This document shows positions 62,321-64,000 of a stretch of 64,000 bases of DNA, in pieces. Each line of letters begins with the position of its first letter. Positions within the stretch are counted from its first letter, which is position 1. The notes under the pieces are model-generated. The model saw nothing but the letters and a program-made list of their open reading frames with translations. It was not told the DNA's origin and made no database searches. The position numbers and the translations under genes were made by a program. The stretch lies in the NCBI GenBank assembly GCA_003344405.1, contig NOWV01000001.1:930001-994000 (forward strand), read 5' to 3'. Source of the DNA: Trichoplax sp. H2 (Eukaryota).

Positions 62321-64000
62321 TTAATAGATGTCGTAGCATTTCTCGTTTTCCATTTTTGAATAGACGGTCATTTCTGCATCAATAATTGGATTTTCAAGAG
62401 TATCGCTGTTACTATTCCAAGAGAATGTAAGGAATCTAGCTAGTCGTTTTCTTGTTATTGCAATGCTGATCGCTATACCAAGCACAACTAGAATAACAAC
62501 TGGTACAACCACCGCAGTAACGGCGTTGGAATTACTGGGCTGCTCTAAAAGGTATAATATGCAAGAGTTAGGTTATGCTATAATTAAAGAAGAAAAGACT
62601 TAAAGACAGTAAATCCTAAATAATGTGATAAGAAAGGTATACCCGTCGAATTAGATTGATCTGGTACAGATACGTTCCTTCCTGGTATTATTGTACTAAA
62701 AAGGTATGGAGGATCAGTTAGTATCATAGTATAAATATTCTGAAAGTGACTTTATTTCATGCAACAAATATCATGAACAACTGTATATATATACTTTCAA
62801 GTAATTTTATTTTGCTCGTAATCTGTATAGATATTGATCACTGGGATATTCATCTTTATAAAACTGATGATACTGATACTTTTATACGCCACACTTACCT
62901 AATTGTTGAGGTTGGTATAGTTTCTACCACAGACATAGTTGATGTAATGTGCTTTGAATCGAACCACGTACTTCTTTCCATGTGCATGTTATCACTGCTC
63001 TTCTTATTGGTATCACCATCATTTGCAAGAGTGATTGTTGTCAATATAGTTCTAATATTACTACTCGTATGACTAATATCATAGCCGCTAGTGAAGGAAG
63101 AAAAAGTTGTACTAGAAGATAGTAGTTTATACTCAGAGAATGTCGATCTTGACGCTACTGTTCTTTGACTTGTAGTTCTCCAAATTTTGGAATTAAACGT
63201 AGCCATAGCTGAAGGTGTAGGAGGCTTACAACTTTGATTTTTCAAAATGATTGGCGCCACTGTGGTCGACGTAATGTGGGTGTTAAAAGATTTAGTCAGA
63301 AAGAGAGGGACGCCTATTCTTAGAAGTTGATCATGACTATCGCTATTCCTAATACGATAAATATTAATAAAGTGATAAAGGATAGTTTTAACTAATCATA
63401 CTTAAGATCATGCTGTTAGTATTAAAAATTTAATATAATTTAGATAAAATTAAGTAATTATGTATGGTGCTGTGATATATTCATGGCATAAATCTTACCT
63501 GATTTCAATTTCTAGCATAATGATGCGATTAGAAAGGACTGGATGAGTTATAACATGGATGTTAGTTAATGCTTGTTTAATTGGATAAATCCATAAATGA
63601 CCAGTTCGACTTGCATCTGTGATATTAGCTATTTCCATAGCTGAATGAGGAATTATGGCTATTATTTGATTCTTGTGATACAAATGATGAGTATCGATTG
63701 AGATGATATAATCATTGGGAAAATTCTGATCAGAGTGGGGTGATACAGCAACATATTTCCCATCACCATATTGGTTTATCCCTTTTATAAATGTACAATT
63801 GTGACAAATTAAATTCGTAATATTCTTTGGAAAGAATAGCTGACCAAAATCGATCATGAATACATTGTTAAAAAATTGAGTATATGGGCTAGCGACGTTA
63901 ACCATGGCATCCCATAAACCGCCAAATCGAAAAAGGCAGTATTTTAAGAGACTTGATCGATTATTATGGTAGAATGTAATCCGATTCCAACGAGTAGACT
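62321..64000 (-). CDS. 5'-truncated type I membrane protein: parallel beta-helix-like segment, Ser/Thr-rich stalk, TM, short Tyr-motif tail
   Basis: In-frame exons are >=64000-63499, 63348-62899, 62695-62643 and 62544-62321. The frame is open to the window edge (STRWNRITFYHNNRSSLLKYCLFRFGGLWDAMVNVASPYTQFFNNVF). The stalk is S/T-rich and the TM reads AVTAVVVPVVILVVLGIAISIAIT-RKR. Confidence 0.78.

Overview
This is AT-rich eukaryotic (animal) genomic DNA with many short (~70-150 bp) spliceosomal introns. Its style is most consistent with a placozoan such as Trichoplax; that is an inference from composition, intron size and ACAGT arrays, not a verified identification. Seven protein-coding genes can be assembled by hand. 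On the + strand are AHI1/jouberin (466-8287), RCC1 (37581-40693) and a BIG1/BIG2-type Sec7 Arf-GEF (44125-55864). On the - strand are a 6-EC single-pass cadherin with a furin-type prodomain (13331-18485), an OSER1-like gene (33134-33967) divergent from RCC1, a gene encoding two ~196-aa repeats of a domain I do not recognise plus a C-terminal CARD (57136-58985), and the 3' part of a beta-helix/mucin-stalk type I membrane protein (62321 to the window end). Non-coding highlights are orientation-switching ACAGT/ACTGT pentamer arrays at the OSER1-RCC1 and ARFGEF promoter regions, a probable decayed TSP1/EGF gene in the ~14 kb gap, a perfect 18-bp hairpin and two GC-AG introns. The OSER1-RCC1 array is built as a duplicated unit with a terminal inverted repeat. 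No database searches were possible; all calls come from manual translation and motif recognition.
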